Source of the DNA: Eledone cirrhosa
Lineage: Eukaryota
DNA length: 64,000 nt
NCBI GenBank assembly: GCA_964016885.1
Contig: OZ024741.1
Span: 272,056,001-272,120,000 of the forward strand
Direction: 5' to 3'
Made by a program: the position numbers and the translations under genes. The notes under the pieces were generated by a model. That model was not told where the DNA came from. It did no database searches and was given only the letters and a program-made list of their open reading frames with translations. Shown one piece after another: positions 53,121 through 64,000 of the stretch (the stretch's first letter is position 1; each line of letters opens with the position of its first letter).

Positions 53121-53242
53121 GACTCACTTTTTAGCCTTAATAAAATAAATATGTGTGTTTGTGCGTGTTAAGTATTTCCGGAGAAAAGGTAAATGCAAAA
53201 AGAGTGTTCTATGTATTGTTATTATTATTTTGTCTGACAGTA

Positions 53243-53665
53243 GGGCGGTGGATTGGCAGTATCGGTAGAGGGTCGGATACCATGCTTTGTTGCATAGAGT
53301 TACGGCCCTTTATGATCTGAGTTCAAATCCCGCCGAGGTTAACTTTGCCTTTCATCCTTACGGGGTCGATAAAATAAAGTACCAGTCACGCACTGGGGTC
53401 GATTTCATCGACTTTTCCCTCCCCCCAAAATTGCTGGCCTTGTGCCTATATAAGAAACCATTATTTTGTCTGACGGTGGATTGGTAGTATCGGTAGAGGG
53501 TCTGACGCCATGCTTTGCAGCAAAGAGATACAGCCCTTTATGGTCTGAGTTCAAATCCCATCGAGGTTAACTTTGCCTTTCATCCTTACGGAGTCAATAA
53601 AATAAAGTACCAGTAATGCACTGGGTAATTGCTGGCCTTGTGCCTAAAGTAGAAACAATTATTAT
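53243..53665 (+). mobile_element. Tandem pair of Nin/Deu-type SINEs
   Basis: Copies at 53243-53465 and 53475-53665, each bounded by ATTATTTTGTYTGAC. Another copy at 55329-55542. Confidence 0.8.
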
Positions 53666-53763
53666 TTTGTTTGACAAAATGAACTGGATGTTTCTTGTAA
53701 GAATCATGAAGTTTCTTTAAACCTTCAGTAATGAAATAATTATATTGTGTTGTTTATTATGTA

Positions 53764-54228
<465 letters not shown>

Positions 54229-54416
54229 ATTAGGAATAACCTCTAAGGACTAGAACTGTTTCATTCCTATGAAATCATCAGGGATGTTCTGATGATTTCA
54301 TAGAACATTCAAGAGATAAAGCAGCCCCAAATGGAATGTATCTTGCTCATACATTCCATTTTTGGTGTGATTTCTACAGTCCTTTCTAATGCCAAACCGA
54401 TTTAACGAAGGCACAG

Positions 54417-55297
54417 GGTGTATTTTATTGTGACACCAGCATTACTATGATAAAATATACCCAGTGTATTTTATTGTGACACCAGCATTACTATGATAAA
54501 ATATACCCAGTGTATTTTATTGTGACACCAGCATTACTATGATAAAATATACCTAGTGTATTTTATTGTGACACCAGCATTACTATGATAAAATATACCC
54601 AGTGTATTTTATTGTGACATGAGCATTACTATGATAAAATATACCCAGTGTATTTTATTGTGACACCAGCATTACTATGATAAAATATACCCAGTGTATT
54701 TTATTGTGACATGAACATTACTATGATAAAATATACCCAGTGTATTTTATTGTGACACCAGCACTACTATGATAAAATATACCCAGTGTATTTTATTGTG
54801 ACATGAGCATTACTATGATAAAATATACCCAGTGTATTTTATTGTGACACCAGCACTACTATGATAAAATATACCCAGTGTATTTTATTGTGACACCAGC
54901 ACTACTATGATAAAATATACCCAGTGTATTTTATTGTGACACCAGCACTACTATGATAAAATATACCCAGTGTATTTTATTGTGACACCAGCACTACTAT
55001 GATAAAATATACCCAGTGTATTTTATTGTGACACCAGCACTACTATGATAAAATATACCCAGTGTATTTTATTGTGACCCCAGCACTACTATGATAAAAT
55101 ATACCCAGTGTATTTTATTGTGACACCAGCACTACTATGATAAAATATACCCAGTGTATTTTATTGTGACCCCAGCACTACTATGATAAAATATACCCAG
55201 TGTATTTTATTGTGACACCAGCACTACTATGATAAAATATACCCAGTGTATTTTATTGTGACACTATCCCTACCCTGATAAAATTTACCCAGTGTAT
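54417..55297. repeat. 46-bp minisatellite, about 19 copies, with an internal inverted repeat
   Basis: Unit TGTATTTTATTGTGACACCAGCACTACTATGATAAAATATACCCAG. Confidence 0.95.
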
Positions 55298-56049
55298 TCC
55301 ATTATTAGTATTAATATCACCAAGTTGTAGGGCAGTGGATTATCAGTCGAGCGTCAGATCACGTGCTATATGGCATAGGGTTATACCCCTTTATGATTTG
55401 AGTTAAAATCCTGCTGAGGTTAGCTTTGCCTTTCATCCTTACAGGGTCAATAAAATAAAGTACCAGTAATTCACTGGGGTCGATTTAATCGACTTTCTGC
55501 TCCCCCAAAATTGTTGGTTTTGTGCGTAAATCAGAAACCAATATCACCAAGTTGTAGGTGACCACAACATCTTTGATCATAGTTTTGCTAGATCATGTGT
55601 TAATAACAATGACTCAAGCCTATTAATTGTTGTTGTTGTTGTTGTTGTAGTTTGCACATATAGAGGTTTAGCTGAGCTCCTATGTCATAGAAGAATGTTT
55701 CTCAGCTGTTTTAACCCTTTTCATACCAAACTGTCTGAAACTAGCCCTTAATTCTATGATATAAAACTGTTTGTTTTAAGATGCTTATATTTATCTAATA
55801 CTGGGGTTAATTCTTCTTCTATATCTCTTTCTCACTTCCCTTCTTTCTCCATCCTTCTCTCACTCTCTCTATCCTTCTCTAGAAGAAATCTGCTGTATTT
55901 AGACCAGGAGAGGGTATGGGCTACATCAGGTTTTAAAAAATGCCCTAAGAATCACAGTTTGTCAATATGGTGCCCCCTACAACACCCTAGAAACCTTCCA
56001 TCAAATTTTATGTGAGAAACTTTGTTAAGTGTAAATACTTAACACTTAA

Positions 56050-56283
56050 AGGCATGTGGTTAGAATGTCTCAGGAAAGAATTGCTGGACAGATTTTACAG
56101 GCAAAACCAACCAGGGGTAGATCCCAAGCAAGATGGTTGGGTAACATCCATGAGTCTGGCTGGTCTCGCTTGGGGATCCAGCTAGATCAATTGGAGAAGG
56201 TTACTACTGACAGGGTCTGCTGGAAGGCGTGTTTGAGGAGTTGGCCCCAATGACCCTCTCAGGAATAAGTGGGCAAAGAAGAA
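56050..56283 (+). mobile_element. Old RTE-type LINE 3' remnant (different family)
   Basis: GHVVRMSQERIAGQIL..RGRSQARW..DRVCWK. Confidence 0.7.
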
Positions 56284-57321
56284 GCTTGTTAAATTATGTT
56301 TGAAACATCAGCTTAATATTAGAAAATACTTAACAGTATTTGCTCTGAGTTCAAATCTCAGCAAAGTCACCGTTCATCCTTTGAAGGTTGATTAAAAAAA
56401 AGTACCAGTTTAGTACTGGGCGTTGATTATACCCCCTCCTCTTTTTTTTCTCCTCTGTAAAAAATCAGTTGTGCTCTATCTGGAACGGTATGGGCTCAGC
56501 CAGGTTTTAAATGCCCATGAGGCACATGGTGTATCATGGTAGTGAGAAAGAGATATAGAGGAAGAATTGACTCCAGTACTAGACTGGTACTTTTTATTAA
56601 TCTCAAAAGGATGAAAGGCAAAATTCACCACAATAGGATTTGAAAGCTTTCTACAACTGGATGCCCTTCCTATCACCAACCACTTTACAGGATGTAGAAA
56701 TGATCATGGGAATTGCACCTAGAAGGTTCCCCTCCAAGACACAAGTCTGGGAAAGGTTGTTAGTGGAAGACCAGCAGTTGTCCATGTATACCAGTCTCCC
56801 CTCTCTGCGCCACCTATGTTGTCCAAGGGTGAGGCAATGGCTGATACAGCTTGACACCAGTGATGTCGCATCTCATTTCTACAGCTGAGTGAACTGGAGT
56901 AACGTGAAATAAAGTTTCTTGCTCAAGGACACAATGCATTACTCACAACCTCACAATTGTAAGCCCAACTCTCTCACCACCAAGCCATGCACCGTCACAC
57001 ACACACATATATACATATATGTGTGCAGATCACAATTTAAATTGGGGGTAACCACAGTAAATAAGGTACCCAATACATTAGTAGAGTGTGAACATCATTG
57101 TTTAATACAGTAATGGCTTCTACAGAACTAGAACAGTTTTATTCATCATCATCATCATTTACGTCCGCTTTTCCCTGCTTGCAGGGGTGGGACGGGTCTT
57201 ATTCAGCACAACGGTCCTTCGCCATCTCCTTCATTGATGATATATAAAAGGTTAGGGTTAGCAGGACTCGATAGCTGACCTCTTGCCATTTCAACAGCTA
57301 GTTCCAGATTATATATATATA

Positions 57322-57746
57322 TCATCATCATCATCATCACCGTTTTATGTCTGTTCTTCCATGCTAACATGGGTTAGAAGGGTTGTCCTGTTGTGGGCAG
57401 TGTCTGGTCGGCTGACCATGCCTTGCTCATGCAGGAACTGATTTTGGCTTGATTTTTACAGCTGGATGCCCTTCCTAACACCAACCTCATTTACAGTGAG
57501 TGCTGGGTGCTTTTTTCCATGGCGCCTACACGTCCACTTTACAGTGTGGGCTGGGTGCTTTTTTGTCGTGGCACCTCCACGACCACTTTGCAGTGGGAGG
57601 ATGTGGGGGCATATTGTCTATATGCTTTAACTTGTACCCATGGGAGGTCGGGTTCTCTGTATTACTGCGTGACGCCAGAGGTCACGGTCATGTGTCATCG
57701 CCTTTGAGAGGTGTAATTGGGTAAGGTCGGCTTTTATCACCTCATC
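57322..57746 (-). mobile_element. RTE subfamily 2 3' fragment
   Basis: Reverse complement of 157-580. Confidence 0.9.
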
Positions 57747-57757
57747 TATCTATATAT

Positions 57758-58089
57758 ATTTATTAAAATAACAGATTAAAGTTTAAGCAAAGAATCGCTG
57801 CTTTCACCCTTAACGGGATCTTTTGAAACTAACAAAGTCAATCTGTGAACGTAGAAGTGAATATTTAAAAAACGTTGCAACCGGAGGAAGACAGGAAGAC
57901 GATACTTTGGTTCGTGGAAATGTTCCCTGGCAAAGAACGGGAAAAAACGTTAAGGGTGAAAGCAGCGATTCTTTGCTTAAACTTTAATCTGTTATTTTAA
58001 TAAATATTTGCTCTACGGTTCTTATATATTTGATATATATTTATCCTTATTGAGCCCTCTTTGGATTTTAGTCTTCAAATTTTTATTAT

Positions 58090-58092
<3 letters not shown>
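57758..58092. mobile_element. Family F fold-back cassette (HHR core mutated)
   Basis: 57758-57815 is inverted at 57948-58005; the tail matches 53000-53058. Confidence 0.72.
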
Positions 58093-58124
<32 letters not shown>

Positions 58125-58334
58125 TGAGGTGATAAAAGCCGACCTTACCCAATTACACCTCTCACACACGACCGTGACCTCTGGCATCACGCAGTAATAT
58201 ATATATATATAGTCCCAATTATCTCAATATTGAACTGTTTTTCATATTTCTATTGTGTTCTCTTCATCAAAACCTTACCCCACTTTCTGTGGTATGGAGT
58301 AGTTGTAGAGACCATGACAAGTATTTCTACTGCT

Positions 58335-58773
58335 CGAGTTACTGTTGTTGTTGTTGTTGTCACTGTTGTTGTTGTTGTTAGCCTGCCTCTGTTGCTCTAG
58401 TTACTGTTGTTGTTGTTGTTGTTAGCCTGCCTCTGTTGCTCTAGTTACTGTTGTTGTTGTTGTTGTTGTTAGCCTGCCTCTGTTGCTCTAGTTACTGTTG
58501 TTGTTGTTGCTGTTAGCCTGCCTCTGTTGCTCTAGTTACTGTTGTTGTTGTTGCTGTTAGCCTGCCTCTGTTGCTCTAGTTACTGTTGTTGTTGTTGTTG
58601 TTAGCCTGCCTCTGTTGCTCTAGTTACTGTTGTTGTTGTTGTTGTTAGCCTGCCTCTGTTGCTCTAGTTACTGTTGTTGTTGTTGCAGTTGATCTGATGA
58701 CTGTTGTTGTTGTTGTTGCAGTTGTATTACATATTGTTGCTGTTACTGTTGTTATTGTTGTAGTACATGTTAC

Positions 58774-58818
<45 letters not shown>

Positions 58819-58920
58819 AATATTACATGTCTGCCTGTCTCTGTTGTTGTAGTTGTTGTTGTTGTAGTTACTGTTATTGTTATCGTTATTGTTATAGTAA
58901 ATGTTACTGTTGTTGTAATA
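58335..58920. repeat. About 40-bp minisatellite (AGCCTGCCTCTGTTGCTCTAGTTACT(GTT)n) and (GTT)n
   Basis: About 7 units. Confidence 0.9.
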
Positions 58921-59782
58921 TTACATGTCTGCTGAAAGATTCCTGTTTTGTAGAAACATGAGACGGGGAGGGGGGGTTAACTGAAACCTGAAGACAGTGT
59001 TTATAATATGATGGTGGGAACCAATAGACTGTTGTTGTTGTGGTGGGGGTGGTACTGGTAGTGGTACTGGTGGTGGTGGTGGTCGTGGTACTGGCAGTGG
59101 TCGTGGTAGTGCTACTGGTGGTGGTGGTAGTGCTACTGGTGGTATGTGGGGGTGGTGGTAGCGGTAGTGGTGGTGGTGTTGCTGGTGGTACTGGTAGTGG
59201 TGCTGGTGGTGGTCGTGGTAGTGCTACTGGTGGTGGTGGTAGTGCTACTGGTGGTATGTGGGGGTGGTGGTAGCGGTAGTGGTAGTGGTGGTGGTGTTGC
59301 TGGTGGTACTGGTAGTGGTGGTGGTGGTGGTGGTGCTGGCAGTTAAATATGGAAAATTATACACATACATCTCTCTCTCTCGCTCTAGATATTATATATA
59401 TGTATATATACACACACACTTACATATACGTATGTATGTATTGCCTCAAGAAATCCCATTCAATCCATTCAACTATGATGATCACATGTGTGTGAGGTCG
59501 TGTAGGTGTCACAACGAAAAAAAAAAAACCCAGTTCACGCTGTAAAGTGGTTGGTGTTAGAAAGGGCATCCAGCCATAGAAAACCTGCCAGAAACAATCC
59601 TATACGAGCGAGACACGTCACCCAATCAATCTTGCCTCAAGTGGGACAATTCCTCGTCTAACCCATGCTAGCGTGGAAAATAGACGTTAAACGATGATGA
59701 TAATGATGATGTATATATATATATATATATCATCATCATCATCATTTTACGTCCGCTTTTCCCTGCTTGCAAGGTTTTATAT

Positions 59783-62580
59783 ATCATCATCATCATCACA
59801 TCAACGTTTAACGTCCGTGTTCCACGCTTGCATGGGTTTGGACGGGGGTATTCCCACTTGAGGCAAGAGTGATTGTCTTGCTCGCATAGGACTGTCTGGC
59901 AGGTTTTCTACAGTTGGATGCCCTTCCTAACACCAACCACATTTACAGTGTGGGACTGGGAGGTTTTTACCGTGTTGCCTACACGGCCACATTACAGCGT
60001 GGACTGTGTGTTTTTTTGTCGTGACACCTAGACGATCTCATTTGTTTCGGCCTGGATGTTGTGGCACCAACATAACTTTACATAGGAGGGGGTGGTGGGA
60101 CGGGGGTGTATTTTGTTAGAGATGCCTACTGGCTGTAGTAGGTTTTACTATGTATTTAGGTAAGGCGGGTCTTCTCTATTACTGAGTACCGCCAAAGGTC
60201 TCGGTCCAGTGACATTGTCTTGGAGAGGTGTAAGTGTGTGAGGTCGGAGTTTATCAGCTCGTCCCAGGATTTTCTAGGTCTGCCTATTCCTTGGCTACCG
60301 TCTATCTTTATTGCCCTGCACTTTGTTATACAGCTATCGACTTTCATGCGCATCACGTGTCCGTACCAACGTAGCCTTCTCTCGAGTAAACAACATCTGA
60401 TCCCTCTTATTTCTAATTTTTTCCTTAGTTCGTTTATGCTTTGCCGTTCACGTATATTACTATTACACATCCAGCGGAGCATGCAAGCTTCGTTCCTCTC
60501 TAGTCTACGTATATCCTCTGCGCACAATGCCCAGGTCTCACTGCCATGCAACATTGCTGTTCGTATGCAGGCATCATACAACCTGCCTTTCATTTTTAGG
60601 GAGAACCCTTTAGCGGCTAATAGTGGTATAAGCTCTCTGAACTTTTTCCATCCAGTTCTGACTCTAGCTACTGTACTTTCGGAGCACCCTCCCCCACTGC
60701 TGATTTTGTCACCCAGGTAACGGAAGCTGTCCACTATTTCTATAGAGCCCTCTGCGCAATTGAAAGAGTTAGTATTTTGTGGCCACTCGCTGCTACTTAT
60801 TGCACCAGAGCACCGGCCACATGTAAAATCTAAGTTCTTAGTTAGCTTACCTGTGATCCCACTACATCTTTTATGCACCCATACTTTGCATTTGGGACAT
60901 AAAATGGAGTTTCTACCTACGCCTTTCTTACACAAGTGAGCATGGCCATTTCCCGGAAGGGACCGCCGCCTTATTTTCTTTCCTACAAACTAGAACTTTA
61001 GTTTTAGCCAGGTTAATTTTAAGGCCTTTTGATTCTAGGCCGTGCTTCCATGTTTGGAATTTCTTCTCTAGCTCAGCCATTGATTCAGCTATGAGTGTCA
61101 GGTCGTCTGCGTATAGGAGTTCCCATGGGTAGCCGGTCTTGAACTCCTCTGTTATAGCCTGAAGGGCAATAATAAATAGTAGGGGGCTGAGAACAGAGCC
61201 CTGATGGACGCCAACTTTTACGCTAAACTCTTCACTATATTCGTTGTTAATTCTAACCTTGCTGACTGTTTCTTTATACATGGCTTGTATAGCTCTCACA
61301 AGCCATTCGTCGACACCTAGTTTTCTAAGGGCCCACCAGATAATGGAACGGGGGACTCTGTCGAAGGCTTTCTCCAAGTCGACAAAAGCTAAGTAGAGGG
61401 GTTTACCTTTGGCTAGGTACTTCTCCTGTAGTTGACGTACAATGAAAAGAGCGTCTGTGGTACTTTTGCCTGACACAAACCCGAACTGCATTTCATCTAG
61501 GTCAATTCTCTCTCTGATTAGTTGCGCTATTACTTTTTCCGTGACCTTCATGACCTGGTCGATTAGTTTAATGCCTCTATAGTTACTCCTATCTAGGGCA
61601 TCTCCTTTACCCTTATAACAGTTAACGATGATGCTGCTATGCCAGTCCTTCGGAACAACCCCATTCTGTACGACTTGGTTAACTATCCGGGTGACCAAGG
61701 TGTGTCCCACCGAGCCAGATGCCTTCAGCATCTCAGCAACTATTTCCGAAGGCCTAGCCGCCTTACCCGTCTTCATATCCTTGATTGCCTTACTTATACT
61801 ACCCTCAACTAACACTGCTGGTCCCTCTATTGGGTCGATGTGGGGGAGACTGTCTTTCTCCCATTTATTCTCCTCATTTAGTAGCATTTCATAGTGGCAC
61901 TTCCAAGCTACCTTCTTATCAGCGTCGGTGATGGCAAGTACGCCGTCATCATTAAGTACACACTTCTCCCCGACAATATCACGGTTTTCCTTGACACATT
62001 GCCTAGCAATCCTGAACACCTCACGTTTTTGGTCCTCGCGTTGTAGAACATGCTTGAACTTTCTTTCCTCTGCTTCCCTTCTTGCGAAGTACACTTGTCT
62101 CCTAGCCTCCCTCCTGGCCACTTGATAGTCTTCTCTACTTCCCCCATCCCGCCATACTTTCCAAGCCTGCTTTTTGGCCTTAATTGACCTCTCCACCCTA
62201 CTGTTCCACCACCATGTTACTCTCCTCCTGCCTACAGGCCTGCTCCAGCCACAGACTTCGTCTGTCGCCATCAGCAGGTTTGCTTTCAGAAATTCCCACT
62301 GTCCCTCTATATTGTCCGACTCTAAATGCTCTTCCTTACTGTCGAAAGCATCAAGTAATATGCTTTGAAATTTATTTCTGGCTGTGGGGTCCTTTAGCTT
62401 CCATATTTTTCTCCTGAGGATAGTCCTCTTCTGCTGTCGAGTACGTCTCGTCCTGACTATGAGGTCGCTAATTATCAGTCTATGTTGGGAGGTGCATTCT
62501 TCATGGGGGAGGGATTTAGTGTTTACAACAGACACTCTGTCACGTCTTCTGGTAAGGATATAATCTACCTGGCTTGTGTA
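59783..62580 (-). mobile_element. RTE-clade LINE, subfamily 1, 5'-truncated, one frameshift near 60932
   Basis: ORFs 60928-62535 and 60156-60935 are highly similar to 49404-52091; (GAT)n tail; (TA)n at the 5' junction. Confidence 0.96.
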
Positions 62581-62621
62581 TATATATATATATAATTATA
62601 ATATGTATATATATGTATACA

Positions 62622-64000
62622 TATATATAAAACTGAAATTGTCTGTGTGTCCATGTCCTCATTTTTGAGAAAGTCTATACAAATCCACATTTCTACTCCG
62701 ATTGACTTCAAACTTGCATTTATATATTCCTTGCGGTCTAAAGATATTAACTGTAGCTTTTATTTTTCAATTTTCTGTTGTTAAAGGCGTGTTAGGCGCC
62801 GGTTATCGATCTCTCTCTCTTTCTTTGTCTGTGTTTTTAGATAGATACATAGCTATAACTTCGCGCCCTTATAATATCTGTCTGTATGTCTGGCTGTCTG
62901 CATTATGACGTTATGACAAATATTGTTCTCATTGCTGATGTATTATCTTCGCTATTTTCCATTCATTGCTAGGGAACGTCTTCACGAACCAAAGTATCGT
63001 CTTCCTGTTTTCCTTCAGTTGCAACGTTTTTCGAAATATTTACTTCTGCGTTCACAGATTGATTTTTTTAGTTTCAGAAGATCCCGTTAAGGGTGAAAGC
63101 AGTGATTCTTTGCTTAAACTTTAATTTGTTATTTTAATATATATTTATATATATATATGTATAATTATATATTTGTGTACAGATATTTTTGCAGACACAA
63201 AAACAAAATATAAACAAACTTTTTTATTTAACGAAAGCACAGACGGCTTATTGTTATTGTTACTGCCGATAAGCCACCCCAAAAGTCCCACATATTTTGG
63301 CACAAGGCCAGCAATTACATAGTTAACGGTTCGGAAATCACATGCATCACTGACAAGTTTACTCCTTACTCTACCAGTTAATCTTAGTGTACTTCGTCCT
63401 GCTTTTAGGTCATGCCTCGAAGGAAGAGATACTCCATTGGCCGAAATACTGCGAAAGCGGCAAGAAAAAGAACAAGGAGGGCAAACGAATCGTCAGTGGA
63501 ATCTGCTATTCGACGGTTGCAAGATGCTGAACGTACTGCCACCAGAAGAGCACTTGAAACAGACAACCAACGAACCATTCGCCAAACCGTGTCAGCTTTG
63601 CAATGTCTATCAACAAATCCCAGGGTCAGGCCCTAGCTGTTGCTGGTCTTCTTTTGGAAGAGTCATGTTTTTCACACGGGCAACTATGCATTGGCTGCTC
63701 AAGAGTGGGATGCAAGACAAATCTCTTTGCATATGCCCGACATGGAAGAACAAGGAACATTGTGTACAAGGAGGTGCTACAATCATTGTTTAGGTAGACG
63801 AAGCAGAAGGGGATATACACGATTGGCTGAAGAAAGACGAGACTGTGTTAATAGTACGACCCAATGGTTGCTATCACACCAACAAAACGACAACAAAAAA
63901 GAGAGGGAACGCAATTACATGCTTTTGAAAAATCTTAATGGAAAATTATTTGCCTAAGCACAAAATGTAGACACTATCCCAAGGCCGAGGTATTCTGTAT
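62622..64000 (+). mobile_element. Internally deleted Helitron with RepHel N-terminus and Pif1-helicase C-terminus remnants
   Basis: Helitron-type 5' end; ORF start MPRRKRYSIGR..; then SINKSQGQAL..CFSHGQL..CSRVG..TRNIVYKEVL (helicase motifs V/VI) at about 63600-63797. Confidence 0.85.
63070..63120 (+). ncRNA. Family F hammerhead motif (core U4A variant) within the Helitron
   Basis: AGUUU-CAGAAGA-UCCC-GUUAA-GGGU-GAAA-GCAG-UGAUUCU-UUGC-UU-AAACU. Confidence 0.6.

Overview
AT-rich eukaryotic non-genic DNA made almost entirely of repeats. The SINE, LINE and microsatellite repertoire suggests an octopus or other cephalopod genome (inference). No host gene is confidently identifiable, and most listed ORFs are artefacts of simple repeats. 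Mobile elements: 5'-truncated RTE-clade LINEs of two subfamilies, one with a PHD-type zinc finger after the RT core, with (GAT)n tails and mostly sitting in (TA)n; a near-complete Penelope-like element (RT plus C-terminal GIY-YIG, minus strand); an R4/Dong-type RLE element; CR1 remnants; CORE-domain and Nin/Deu-domain tRNA SINEs; several non-autonomous Helitrons; MITEs; and many mini- and microsatellites. The main hidden signal is about 15 minimal type I hammerhead ribozyme (HHR) motifs from about 8 distinct sequence families. They lie in short cassettes embedded in (TA)n, often as fold-back inverted pairs with 3' ends pointing outward. Many have a palindromic helix III, and one sits at the 3' end of the Penelope-like element. 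All folds and alignments were done by eye, and coordinates are approximate to a few bases.
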